This document shows positions 9,736 through 18,427 of a stretch of DNA of 64,000 nt, one piece after another (position 1 is the first letter of the stretch; every line of letters starts with the position of its first letter). The DNA comes from an uncultured Acidobacteriota bacterium (lineage in GTDB: Bacteria; Acidobacteriota; Vicinamibacteria; Fen-336): the NCBI GenBank assembly GCA_963720545.1, contig OY970399.1, positions 2,880,001 to 2,944,000 on the forward strand. The letters are read 5' to 3'. The position numbers and the translations under genes are program-made. The notes under the pieces were generated by a model. It was not told where the DNA came from, did not search any database, and saw nothing but the letters and a program-made list of their open reading frames with translations.

Positions 9736-9808
9736 GACGTTGAGTCCGCACAGCTCAAGAGTGACTCGTTCCGGAACGGGTTGGAGTCGAGTCGTCGACG
9801 CGCAAGAA
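9736..9808. repeat. Palindromic direct repeat, copy 2 (73 bp)
   Basis: gacgttgagtccgcacagctcaagagtgactcgttccggaacgggttggagtcgagtcgtcgacgcgcaagaa. Confidence 0.95.
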
Positions 9809-9872
9809 CCGAACGATTTGTCCTGGGCTCAGCGGCGTCCAGCGGCGGTCCAGCCGTAGACAGCTACCGCTG

Positions 9873-11879
9873 TCACCGGCTTCCGCTCGCCTTGGCGATG
9901 AGGGCGAGCGACGCCGGCTGCGTCGCGTAAGCGGTCTTGTAGGTCGCGGCCTTGGCGGCGGGCAGGCGATAGCCCGCGGCGATCAGCTCTTCGAGGCCGT
10001 CGTGGCCGCTCCACAGTCCCATCTCGAAGGCGGTCAGGCCCATCGCGTTCGCGGCCTTCACGTCGCCGCCCGAGCGGATCAGCAGGCGCATCACCGTGCG
10101 GTCGCAGCCCGCGATCGCGGCGTCCATCAGCGGGGTGTTGCCGTTCTTGTCCTTGTGCGCGGCGCTTGCGCCCTTCTCGACCAGCGCCTGCACGATCGCG
10201 AGCGTCGCGGCTTTCGTCGGCCGCTCGGTCGGCGCGCATGCCTGGTTGACGAGCGCCATCTTGAGCGGCGGATCGTCGCCGGTGCCCTCGAAGCCGCGGT
10301 TCACCGGGATGCCGGCGTCCACGAACGCCTTCACCAGTTCCGCGTCGCCCTGGCCGATGGCGCGGTAGAAGTTCCAGTCGTCGAAGGCGACGCCGCGTTC
10401 ACGCAGCAGCGCGAGCGCGGCACGTTCGCCTGCGGGCGCCGCCTGGGAGGCGGCTGCTGCCGTCGCCGCCACCGGCGCGCCGCCTGGCGTGGCGCGCCGG
10501 CCGCTCTTCACGCGCTCCGCGGCTTCCTGCGCCGCCGCACGGACACGTGGCTCGGGATCACGCGCCAGCGCTTCGATCGCCGGCAGGGCCGACCTGGCCT
10601 CCGCCTCGCGGTTGCGCAGGTGCGAGAGCGCGCGCAGCCGCACCTCGAGCGCGTTGCCGGAGCCTGCGATCGTCGCGAGGTCGCCGGCCGACCCCTCTTC
10701 ACCAAGCGCCAGGCCGTTCAGCGCATCGAGGGCCTCGAGCCGCGTGTCCACTTCGGCATCGCCGGCGATGGCCTTCAGGAGCGGCGCGTGGGCGCGTTGC
10801 GCGACCGCCTGCTTCGCCGCCACGGGCACCGCCGCCGTGCGGTCGCCCATCTTGACGAGTGCGCGCGCGGCGCTGCGCCTCACGTACTTGTCGGGATCGC
10901 CGCCGAGCGCGTCAACGACGGCGCCCACTTGTTCGGCGGCCAGGCCGCCCGCTGCGCCGAGCGCATCGAGCGCCGCCGATCGCACGTCGTCGTCGGGACT
11001 CTTCACAAACCGCGCCGCGGGGGATGCCCACGCCGCGACGTCCTTCTCGGTGTGCTGTCCGGCGAGTTCCTTGAGCGCCGCTTCCTGCACGTCCACGTTG
11101 GCGGAGCCGAGCAGCTCGACCAGCGTCGCGGTCCAGCCGGTCGGCTTCGGCTCGAAGCTGCCAAGCGCCTTGATGATGAGGGGCGTGCCCGGCTGGCCGG
11201 AACGGGCCGCCTTCGTGAGCGGCGCGACCAGGCCGCGGTCGCGGGTGGCAGCCAGCTCCTGCAGCGCGTTCGTTGCGAGCTCGCTGTTGGTGCGCTGCGC
11301 GTCGTAGTTCGGATCGCTCACCGGCACCGCCGTCGACCATTCGGCCGTGTACGCGAGCACCGGGCCGAGGAGCCGCGTCGGTTCGTCGATGCCGATGAGG
11401 CCGCTCGCCGCGAGAAAGCGCGTGTCAGTGGCGCTTGCCGGCCCATCCAGGACCCGCCGCCGCGTGGCGGCCAGATCTTTTGCCGGCACACCCAGCGCCT
11501 GGAGAGCGCCGGCGGCGCGCACGGCGACGTCCCCGCTGACGTCATCGAGCGCCTTCGTCAACGCGGCGCGCGCCGGCTCCGCGGCCTTGTGCGAGCGCCA
11601 CAGGGACCGCGCCGCTGCCACCCGCACGCGCGGCGCCGGATCGGCGAGCGCCGCGGTCAGCGCGCTGATGGCCGCGGGGTACTCCGAGCCGCCGAGATAC
11701 TCCGCGGCATCCTCGCGCTTTTGCGGATCCTTTTCGGCCTGGAGCGCCTTGATCTTTTCGTCCACCCACTTGCGAGCCTGCCGGTCGCTCTTCTCGTCGA
11801 CGCCTGGCGGTGCTGCGGCATGCGCCGGCAAGGCGGTTGCGAGGAACGACAAGGCGAGGCAGCGAAGCAGCAGGCGCAT
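9873..11879 (-). CDS. Secreted HEAT-repeat protein with C-terminal ankyrin repeats
   Basis: Signal peptide MRLLLRCLALSFLATALPAHA after GGAGG; repeated D-P-x-x-x-VR-x-AA helices; DKNGNTPLMDAA and NAMGLTAFE ankyrin motifs. Confidence 0.82.
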   Translation of the reverse strand: MRLLLRCLALSFLATALPAHAAAPPGVDEKSDRQARKWVDEKIKALQAEKDPQKREDAAEYLGGSEYPAAISALTAALADPAPRVRVAAARSLWRSHKAAEPARAALTKALDDVSGDVAVRAAGALQALGVPAKDLAATRRRVLDGPASATDTRFLAASGLIGIDEPTRLLGPVLAYTAEWSTAVPVSDPNYDAQRTNSELATNALQELAATRDRGLVAPLTKAARSGQPGTPLIIKALGSFEPKPTGWTATLVELLGSANVDVQEAALKELAGQHTEKDVAAWASPAARFVKSPDDDVRSAALDALGAAGGLAAEQVGAVVDALGGDPDKYVRRSAARALVKMGDRTAAVPVAAKQAVAQRAHAPLLKAIAGDAEVDTRLEALDALNGLALGEEGSAGDLATIAGSGNALEVRLRALSHLRNREAEARSALPAIEALARDPEPRVRAAAQEAAERVKSGRRATPGGAPVAATAAAASQAAPAGERAALALLRERGVAFDDWNFYRAIGQGDAELVKAFVDAGIPVNRGFEGTGDDPPLKMALVNQACAPTERPTKAATLAIVQALVEKGASAAHKDKNGNTPLMDAAIAGCDRTVMRLLIRSGGDVKAANAMGLTAFEMGLWSGHDGLEELIAAGYRLPAAKAATYKTAYATQPASLALIAKASGSR

Positions 11880-11943
11880 GTTGAAAGCCTCCGGAGTGCC
11901 GATGCTAAGCGAGCGGCCCTTTGCCGCGGCGATAGCGCGCAAA

Positions 11944-11972
11944 TTGCCTCGCGTGTAAGCGTTTGCGATACT
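11944..11972 (+). promoter_or_regulatory. Candidate sigma70-type promoter for the 11999-16715 operon
   Basis: TTGCCT-17 nt-GATACT, 26 nt upstream of the ATG at 11999. Confidence 0.35.
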
Positions 11973-11998
11973 GCCACTTCGTTCGATCCGGGGGTGAC

Positions 11999-12715
11999 AT
12001 GACTGACGTTGAAACGGTGCCTGAGGCGCCACAGGTAAAGGTCGAAAGCGGCGTCGCCAGGGTCCTGGTGGACGGCAAGGAACGCGAGTTCCAGTTGAAG
12101 CCGCTGCCCGAGGAGTTCACCAAGTGGCAGCTCGAGTACAAGCACCGGATCTACGATTCGATCCTCAAGGACGAGTACGTGCGCTTCAACGCCGGCCACC
12201 TGCCGGTGGTCGGCTCGTGGGACGAGGAGTCTCTGTTCCCGAACCTCGCCAACAAGGGCGTCGGCTTCACGCCGAAGGACGAGTACATCGAGAAGTACCT
12301 GAAGCTCGTCGAGGACGCGGTCGCCGAGATCGAGAAGCTGCCGACGCACGCGGTGGACGAGACCCGCAAGATGCGCATCGCGACGGCGCGCGAGTTCTAC
12401 GCGCATCCCGAGCACATCGACTGGAGCCGCCTGGGGCTGCTCGAGATCTTCGAGGGCGGCACCTACCGCAACTTCGTCAAGAACCCGTTCGCCTCGGTGC
12501 TCTGGACCGGCGACTCGCCGGTGTTCGTGAGCTACCAGGTCGACTGCATCGTCGAGGTGATCACGCCGGAGCACCCGCGCTACCGCTTCTCCTGGGCGAT
12601 GCGGCGGCTCTTCGAGTTCGAGCCGTTCCACATCGTGCAGACCATGTTCCCGTACGCGTACACGCTGTGGGTCTACGACTACAAGGACAAGACCCCGCGC
12701 CGCCGCTTCAAGTGA
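11999..12715 (+). CDS. Putative pyridoxamine 5'-phosphate oxidase-like (FMN/heme-binding split-barrel) protein
   Basis: Strong GC3 codon bias; TYRNFVKNPFASVLW...SYQVDCIVEVI resembles the split-barrel N..NP..S pattern. Confidence 0.55.
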   Translation: MTDVETVPEAPQVKVESGVARVLVDGKEREFQLKPLPEEFTKWQLEYKHRIYDSILKDEYVRFNAGHLPVVGSWDEESLFPNLANKGVGFTPKDEYIEKYLKLVEDAVAEIEKLPTHAVDETRKMRIATAREFYAHPEHIDWSRLGLLEIFEGGTYRNFVKNPFASVLWTGDSPVFVSYQVDCIVEVITPEHPRYRFSWAMRRLFEFEPFHIVQTMFPYAYTLWVYDYKDKTPRRRFK

Positions 12716-12731
12716 GCGCCGCCGCACATCG

Positions 12732-13352
12732 ATGATCCAGCACAAGCGTGTCGACCGCGGCCAGCTCGCCGCGTTCCTGAAGGACGTCGCGGGCCGGCTC
12801 ACCCGGCCGGTGCATCTTTATCTCATCGGCGAGAGCGCCCTGGTGCTGGCGGGCGCTCGCGAGGCGACCGAGGAGAAGTTCGTCTACACGGCGAGCCCCT
12901 CGGACCGCGCGGCGCTCGACAAGGCCGTGGCCACGAGTGCGTCCGGCATCGGCATCGAGGTGCAGGCCGAGTCTCCGGCCGAGGTCGTGCCGACGCCAGA
13001 CGGCGCCGAGTCGCGCGCGCGGCCGATTGCCGAATGGCAGGCAGGGCCGCTCAAGGTCAGCGTCTACGATCCCTACGGCGCCGCCATCCGCCTGGTGGCG
13101 CGCGGCGACGAGCCCGATTATCACGCGGTCGTCGGCTACATGCGCCTCGGCTGGATGACGATGGAAGAGCTCGACCGCATTGTCGAGACGCTGATCGCGC
13201 GCTTCACCAAGGAAACGATCGCGCAGGATCCGGAGGAGTTCCGCCGCAAGCTGAAGGGCCTGCGGCAGATGTGGCGCGCCGACGTCTCGCGCCGCGCCGG
13301 CCAGCCCGTTTGGCAAGAGACCCCCCGCGGAGATACGCTCACGAACACGTAG
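12732..13352 (+). CDS. DUF6036-like nucleotidyltransferase-fold protein (degenerate)
   Basis: LTRPVHLYLIGESALVLAG...YDPYGAAIRLVARGDEPDY pattern; the canonical D-x-D appears to be missing. Confidence 0.5.
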   Translation: MIQHKRVDRGQLAAFLKDVAGRLTRPVHLYLIGESALVLAGAREATEEKFVYTASPSDRAALDKAVATSASGIGIEVQAESPAEVVPTPDGAESRARPIAEWQAGPLKVSVYDPYGAAIRLVARGDEPDYHAVVGYMRLGWMTMEELDRIVETLIARFTKETIAQDPEEFRRKLKGLRQMWRADVSRRAGQPVWQETPRGDTLTNT

Positions 13353-13398
13353 CTGCACCTGCCGCAGTCGGCCGTTTCTCGTCCACGAGGTCCGCGGA

Positions 13399-15390
13399 AT
13401 GTACAAGGAAGTGTTCGTCCCGGTCGACAACTCGCAGCACTCGGACTGGGCGGTGGAGCGCGCGATCGAGATGTGCCAGGCGACCGGCGGGCGCATCACC
13501 GCGAACCACGTGTATGCGGCGCGCCTGCACGACGTGCGCTTCCGCCAGCTCGAAACCGGGCTGCCGGCGCAGTTCCAGACGCCCGAAGAGATCAAGCGCC
13601 AGCGCAAGATCCACGACAAGCTGATCGAGAAGGGCCTGCAGCTGATCGCCGACAGCTTCCTCGACCAGGTCGGCAACCGCGCCGAGGCCGCCGGCGTGCC
13701 GCTGACGCGCCAGCTGCTCGAGGGCATCAACTACGAAGAGATCGTGCGCGAGCTGAACCGCGGTGAGGGCCGCCTGCCGGGCCTCATCGGCTTCGACCCC
13801 AATCGCGCCAAGGGCTACGACGGCGCCGACAAGATCCGCGGCGACGTGCAGCTCGGAGCCGACGGACGCATCGTCGCCGAGGACGAGGGCGAGGCGGCGA
13901 AGCTCGCCGGCAACTCCGGCCGCCAGTACGACCTCATGGTGATCGGCGCGCACGGCCTCGGCCGCCAGCAGTATTCGCAGGTGGGCGGCGTCGTCTCGCG
14001 TGCGCTGCGCTCGATCGAGAAGGACACGCTCATCGTCAAGGACGGCACGCCGCTGCGCGGCGGCAAGATCATGGTGTGCGTCGACGGCTCGTCCTACTCG
14101 TACCGCGGCATGAAGGCGGCGCTCGAGCTGGCGCAGCAGTTCGGCGCCGAGCTCTACGTCTGCAGCGCCTTCGACGTCGAGTATCACCACATCGTGTTCC
14201 ATAACATCAAGGACGTGCTCTCGGCCCAGGCCTCGAAGGTGTTCAAGTTCGAGGAGCAGGAAGAGCTGCACAACAACATCATCGACAAGGGCCTGCTGAA
14301 GCTGTGCCAGGCGAACATCAAGCGCGCCGAGGCGATGGCCAAGGAGTATCCCGGCGTGCCGATGAAGTCGCAGATCCTCATCGGCAAGCCGTTCCAGGTG
14401 ATCCTGCAGTGGGCCGAGGAGATCAAGCCCTCGATGGTGATCGCGGCGCGGCACGGCGCCCATCGCGTCGACGGCACCGACCTCGGCTCGCAGGCCGAGA
14501 ACCTGATTCGCCTCTCGCCCGCGAACCTGATGCTGATCGGCACCACCGGCATCCGCCCCGAGGACATTCCGTGGATCGAGGAGGACGGCCAGGCCGGGCT
14601 GCCGTGGGCGCCCGACGCCGAGGTGCGCATCCTGCGCGTGCCGCCGTTCGCGCAGGGCATCGCGCGGCGCGCGGTCGAGGAGTACATCCTCGAGAACAAC
14701 GGCGGCGAGCTGAACCCGATCGTGACCAACAAGTGGCTCGACCAGGCGATCGCCAAGCTGCTGCCGACGCACATGCAGCTCATCATGGGCATCGGCAGCG
14801 CCGAGGAGATCGCACTCGCCGAGACCAAGGCCGAGGAGCAGCTGCGCGCCACCAAGGTGGTGGGCTACGACGACGACCCGGAGCCGGAATCTTCGGACGT
14901 CGAGACGAAGTGCCCGATCACCGGCCAGGTCGGCAAGCGCCCGCGCATGGCCACCGACCCGATCGTCTGGACCAACGAGGCCTGGGACCGGCTGCGCGGC
15001 GTGCCGCTGATCGCGCGGCCGCTGGCGCGCAACACCGTCGAGCGCTTCTCGCGCAACCACGGCATCTGGCGCGTCACCACCCGCGTGATGGACGAGAACA
15101 AGGCGGCCATGATCGAGGCCGACGAGTTCGACGCCGAGACCATGATGACGATGTTCACCGAGCTGCGCGCCCGCCAGATCCGCGCCGAGGCGGAAGGCGG
15201 CAGCGCCATCTCCGAGGAGATGCGTCAGTTCATCGAGGAGGCGAAGGCGAACGGCGTCACCCGCTGCCCGATCCGCGACATCGAAGTGCAGATGGACAAG
15301 TGCCCGGTGGACATGAAGACGGTCTCGCCGGCGGACGCGAAGAAGGCGGTCGAGCAGTACCTGGAGACCGTGGGCGCGAAGAAGGAGTAG
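13399..15390 (+). CDS. Tandem universal stress protein (two USP domains) with two C-terminal PCP_red-like domains
   Basis: VFVPVDNSQHS...YDLMVIGAHGLG...GGV; IMVCVDGSSYS...ARHG...LGSQAENL; then WAPDAEVRILRVPPFAQG and WTNEAWDRLRGVPLIARP. Confidence 0.88.
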   Translation: MYKEVFVPVDNSQHSDWAVERAIEMCQATGGRITANHVYAARLHDVRFRQLETGLPAQFQTPEEIKRQRKIHDKLIEKGLQLIADSFLDQVGNRAEAAGVPLTRQLLEGINYEEIVRELNRGEGRLPGLIGFDPNRAKGYDGADKIRGDVQLGADGRIVAEDEGEAAKLAGNSGRQYDLMVIGAHGLGRQQYSQVGGVVSRALRSIEKDTLIVKDGTPLRGGKIMVCVDGSSYSYRGMKAALELAQQFGAELYVCSAFDVEYHHIVFHNIKDVLSAQASKVFKFEEQEELHNNIIDKGLLKLCQANIKRAEAMAKEYPGVPMKSQILIGKPFQVILQWAEEIKPSMVIAARHGAHRVDGTDLGSQAENLIRLSPANLMLIGTTGIRPEDIPWIEEDGQAGLPWAPDAEVRILRVPPFAQGIARRAVEEYILENNGGELNPIVTNKWLDQAIAKLLPTHMQLIMGIGSAEEIALAETKAEEQLRATKVVGYDDDPEPESSDVETKCPITGQVGKRPRMATDPIVWTNEAWDRLRGVPLIARPLARNTVERFSRNHGIWRVTTRVMDENKAAMIEADEFDAETMMTMFTELRARQIRAEAEGGSAISEEMRQFIEEAKANGVTRCPIRDIEVQMDKCPVDMKTVSPADAKKAVEQYLETVGAKKE

Positions 15391-16715
15391 TGGCCGCGAC
15401 CGCCGTCAGTTCCTTCGTTGCGGGCGAGCGCGAACCGGCTTCGAGCGAGTTCCTGCCGCACGTCGTCGCCTGGAACCTGACGAAGAAGTGCAACCTCCAG
15501 TGCACGCACTGCTACATCTCGGCGGGGCCGTGGGAGGACGCGAGCGACGAGCTGACGCCAGCGGAGTGCCTGCGGGTGGTGGACCAGCTGGTCGAGGTGA
15601 ACCCGTCGCCGATGCTGATCCTGAGCGGCGGCGAGCCGCTGCTGCGGCCCGACCTGCCGGCGCTCGCGGCGCACGCGGTGCGGCGCGGCTGCACGGTGGT
15701 GGTCGGGACCAATGGCACGCTGCTCACGGCGGCCAAGGTGGGGATGCTGAAGGACGCCGGAGTCTCGGGTGTCGCGGTCAGCGTGGATTCGCTCGAGCCC
15801 GGCGCCCACGACGCCTTCCGCGGCGGCTCGCATGCGCTGCAGCGCACCATGGCGGCGCTCGAACATCTGAAGGCGCAGCAGCTCGACTTCGTCATCCAGA
15901 CGACCGCGAGCCCGGCCAACCAGGACCAGATCCCGCAGATCGTGCGCTGGGCCGCCGAACAGGGTGCCGTCTGCTTCAACCTTTACTTCCTGGTGCCCAC
16001 CGGCCGCGGCGCCGACCTCGTCGACCTTGCGCCCGCACGCATCGAGTCGTTGCTTTCCGACCTCGCCGCGGCGGAGCAGGAGCAGCGCGGCGCGATGATG
16101 GTGCGCGCCAAGTGCGCGCCGCACTTCATCCGCCACGTCCACGGCACCGATCCCGACTCGCCGGTGCTCAGCTATCGCACGCGCTGTCCCTGCGGCATCG
16201 ACTACTGCCGCATCACCCCCGACGGCAAGCTGACGCCGTGCCCGTACATGCCAAGTGTCGCCGGCGACCTGCGCCGGCAGACCTTCGGCGAGATCTGGCG
16301 CGAGTCGCAGCTCCTCGCCTCGCTGCGCGAACGCTCCCTGGGCGGCCGCTGCGGCCGCTGCGAGTACCGCCTCATCTGCGGCGGCTGCCGCGCGCGGGCG
16401 CTGGCAGCCACCGGCGACGTGCTGGCCGAAGACCCGTCGTGCACCTACGAGCCGCAGCCCGACCGAGCGCCGATCCCGCGGCGCGCCATGACGTACGGCG
16501 GCGCGCACACGGCCACCCTCACGTGGCACCCGGCGGCGCAGGAGCGCATGAACAAGATCCCGTCGTTCGTGCGCGGCGTGGTGATGAAGCGCGTCGAAGA
16601 CTTCGCCCGCGAAAAAGGCGCCGCGACCGTGACCATCGACCTGCTGAAGGACATCCGCTCCGCCATGCCGGTCGACTTCTCGAAGAAGCGCCCGTTCTTC
16701 CTCAAGGACGAATGA
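15390..16715 (+). CDS. Radical SAM/SPASM protein (NirJ/AhbC-D-like) with C-terminal PCP_red-like domain
   Basis: WNLTKKCNLQCTHCY (CxxxCxxC), SGGEPLLRPDL, SPASM CPCG...TPCPY...CGRCEYRLICGGCRARA...EDPSC, tail WHPAAQERMNKIPSFVRG; GTG start overlaps the USP stop. Confidence 0.92.
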   Translation: MAATAVSSFVAGEREPASSEFLPHVVAWNLTKKCNLQCTHCYISAGPWEDASDELTPAECLRVVDQLVEVNPSPMLILSGGEPLLRPDLPALAAHAVRRGCTVVVGTNGTLLTAAKVGMLKDAGVSGVAVSVDSLEPGAHDAFRGGSHALQRTMAALEHLKAQQLDFVIQTTASPANQDQIPQIVRWAAEQGAVCFNLYFLVPTGRGADLVDLAPARIESLLSDLAAAEQEQRGAMMVRAKCAPHFIRHVHGTDPDSPVLSYRTRCPCGIDYCRITPDGKLTPCPYMPSVAGDLRRQTFGEIWRESQLLASLRERSLGGRCGRCEYRLICGGCRARALAATGDVLAEDPSCTYEPQPDRAPIPRRAMTYGGAHTATLTWHPAAQERMNKIPSFVRGVVMKRVEDFAREKGAATVTIDLLKDIRSAMPVDFSKKRPFFLKDE

Positions 16716-18369
16716 CGGCTGGCGCCTTCCTGAACCGGAGGTCCAGGACCCGGCCGGTGTTGATGGTGAGGCCGTTGATGGCGCCGCGCTTGTCACGGTC
16801 GAAGCGCACCGTGCCGAACTCGGCGTTCAGGAACAAGTCTCGGCCGAGCGGCACCAGCGCCTCGCCAGCGGGCAGCTTCATGGTGGTCACCACCAGCGCG
16901 CCGCTGCGCGCCTCGACCCGGTAAACCGGTTCGAGCTCGTCGCTCGTGTAAGCGCCTGCGTACTGCGCAAGGTCCGCGGCTTGCGGCACGAACTGCGCGA
17001 CCCGCTCGTAGACGACCGGGTCTTCGTCCTCGAACGTCTGCGTGAAGCGTGCGGCGTTGGCGGCAAAGGTGAAGACCGGGCCGCTGTCGCCGAGGCGGAA
17101 GCGGCTCTTCCCGAGCGGCTGCAGCGCGCGGATGCGCTCGTCGGTCGAGGAGCTGATGCCGAGCTTTCCTTCGCGCACCAGCACCCGCGCGCCGTCGCGG
17201 CCGTCGGCGCTGACGAAGGCGCCGGTGAGTTTCTGCAGGTCGGTCGCGGCCACCTCGACCTCCTTCTCGGGAACAGGCTCCGGCTGCAGCTGCGCGGCGA
17301 GGTAGATGTCGGCGACCTTGTGGCTCAGGGTCCAGGGCTGGGCGTGCGCGGCGTTGCAGAGGATGGTGACGGCGAAGCGCTGGTCGGGGAACCAGCTGAT
17401 GTTGGCGCGATAGCCGGCGTCGGCGCCGCCGTGGCCCACGGTCCGCAGTCCGCGGTACGTGCCCACCGAAAGGCCGAACGCGTAGTCGGTCTTCTTGCCG
17501 CTCGTCAGCACGCCCGGCACCTGCAGGCTGTCGAGGAACTCCCGGTCGAGGACCTTGCCGGTCCAGAAGTTCTGTGCCCACTTCACGAGGTCGCCGGCCG
17601 TCGTCATCAGGCTGGTGGCGCCGACGGTGTCGAAGTTGGTGACGCTCAGCCGGTACGTGCTGCCGGCGCGTTCGTAGCCGTAGGCGATCTCCGGCACCAG
17701 TTCGGCATGGTCGTCGCGGAAGTGGGTGCGGTTCATGCCGAGCGGCCTGAAGAACCGTTCGGTCGTGAACTCGCGCAGCGACTTGCCGGAGACACGCTTC
17801 ACGATCTGGCTCAGAAGCGTGAAGCCGGTGTTCGAGTAGAGGTACTTCGAACCGGGCGGGAAGTTGAGCGCCTTCTGCCGCTTCACCAGGCTCATGACGT
17901 CGTCGTCGGTGATGAGGTCGAGGGAATAGCGCCAGCCGGAAAGGCCGAGCAGGTCCCACTGGTCGCGCAGCCCGCTCTGGTGATGGATCAACTGGCGGAT
18001 CGTCACCGGCGTGCCGAAGTCGGGCAGTTCGGTCACGTACTTGCGCGCCGGGTCATCGAGCGAGAGCTTGCCTTCCTTCGCCAGCAGCGCCACCGCCGCG
18101 GCCGTGAACTCCTTGGAGACGGAAGCCACGTGGAACACGGTGGCCGCGGTGTTGGCGATGCCGTGGTCGAGGTCGGCCATGCCGTAGCCGCGCGTGTAGG
18201 CGACGGCGTCGTCCTGCAGCACGGCGAGCGAACAGCCCGGCGCATCCGAGCGGTTCCACTCCGCGAAAACCGCGTCCACGCGCTCTGGGTTCGTTTGCGC
18301 GAGGAGCCGCTCCGCAGCCGCCAGGGAAAGCGCCGCGAGTGCCGCCGCGCCGAAGCCGATCGATTTCAT
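16702..18369 (-). CDS. Serine hydrolase, beta-lactamase/class C-like family, secreted
   Basis: FHVASVSK (SxxK), YLYSNTG (YxN), VGHGG; signal peptide; start placed at MKSIG after GGAGG. Confidence 0.9.
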   Translation of the reverse strand: MKSIGFGAAALAALSLAAAERLLAQTNPERVDAVFAEWNRSDAPGCSLAVLQDDAVAYTRGYGMADLDHGIANTAATVFHVASVSKEFTAAAVALLAKEGKLSLDDPARKYVTELPDFGTPVTIRQLIHHQSGLRDQWDLLGLSGWRYSLDLITDDDVMSLVKRQKALNFPPGSKYLYSNTGFTLLSQIVKRVSGKSLREFTTERFFRPLGMNRTHFRDDHAELVPEIAYGYERAGSTYRLSVTNFDTVGATSLMTTAGDLVKWAQNFWTGKVLDREFLDSLQVPGVLTSGKKTDYAFGLSVGTYRGLRTVGHGGADAGYRANISWFPDQRFAVTILCNAAHAQPWTLSHKVADIYLAAQLQPEPVPEKEVEVAATDLQKLTGAFVSADGRDGARVLVREGKLGISSSTDERIRALQPLGKSRFRLGDSGPVFTFAANAARFTQTFEDEDPVVYERVAQFVPQAADLAQYAGAYTSDELEPVYRVEARSGALVVTTMKLPAGEALVPLGRDLFLNAEFGTVRFDRDKRGAINGLTINTGRVLDLRFRKAPAVIRP

Positions 18370-18427
18370 GGACGAACCTCCAGGGCGGATCGTACCGGGA
18401 GACGGCGCTCGCCGTAATATTGCCGCG

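Noticed and set aside
14304..15389. Long N-terminal extensions of ORF-track calls (radical SAM 803 aa, HisD 910 aa, TrpB 616 aa, ATP-grasp 867 aa, etc.) suggesting giant fusions
   Set aside because: The extensions overlap the upstream genes in another frame; true starts lie at the stop/start overlaps.
6652..16715. Photosynthesis / protochlorophyllide reductase genes implied by PCP_red-like domains
   Set aside because: Only the short C-terminal-type domain is present; no BchB/N/L catalytic subunits or other bch/puf genes are in the window.
16702..18369. Antibiotic-resistance beta-lactamase
   Set aside because: The motifs only place it in the broad serine hydrolase family. The long C-terminal extension and GHGG triad are more typical of peptidases/esterases.
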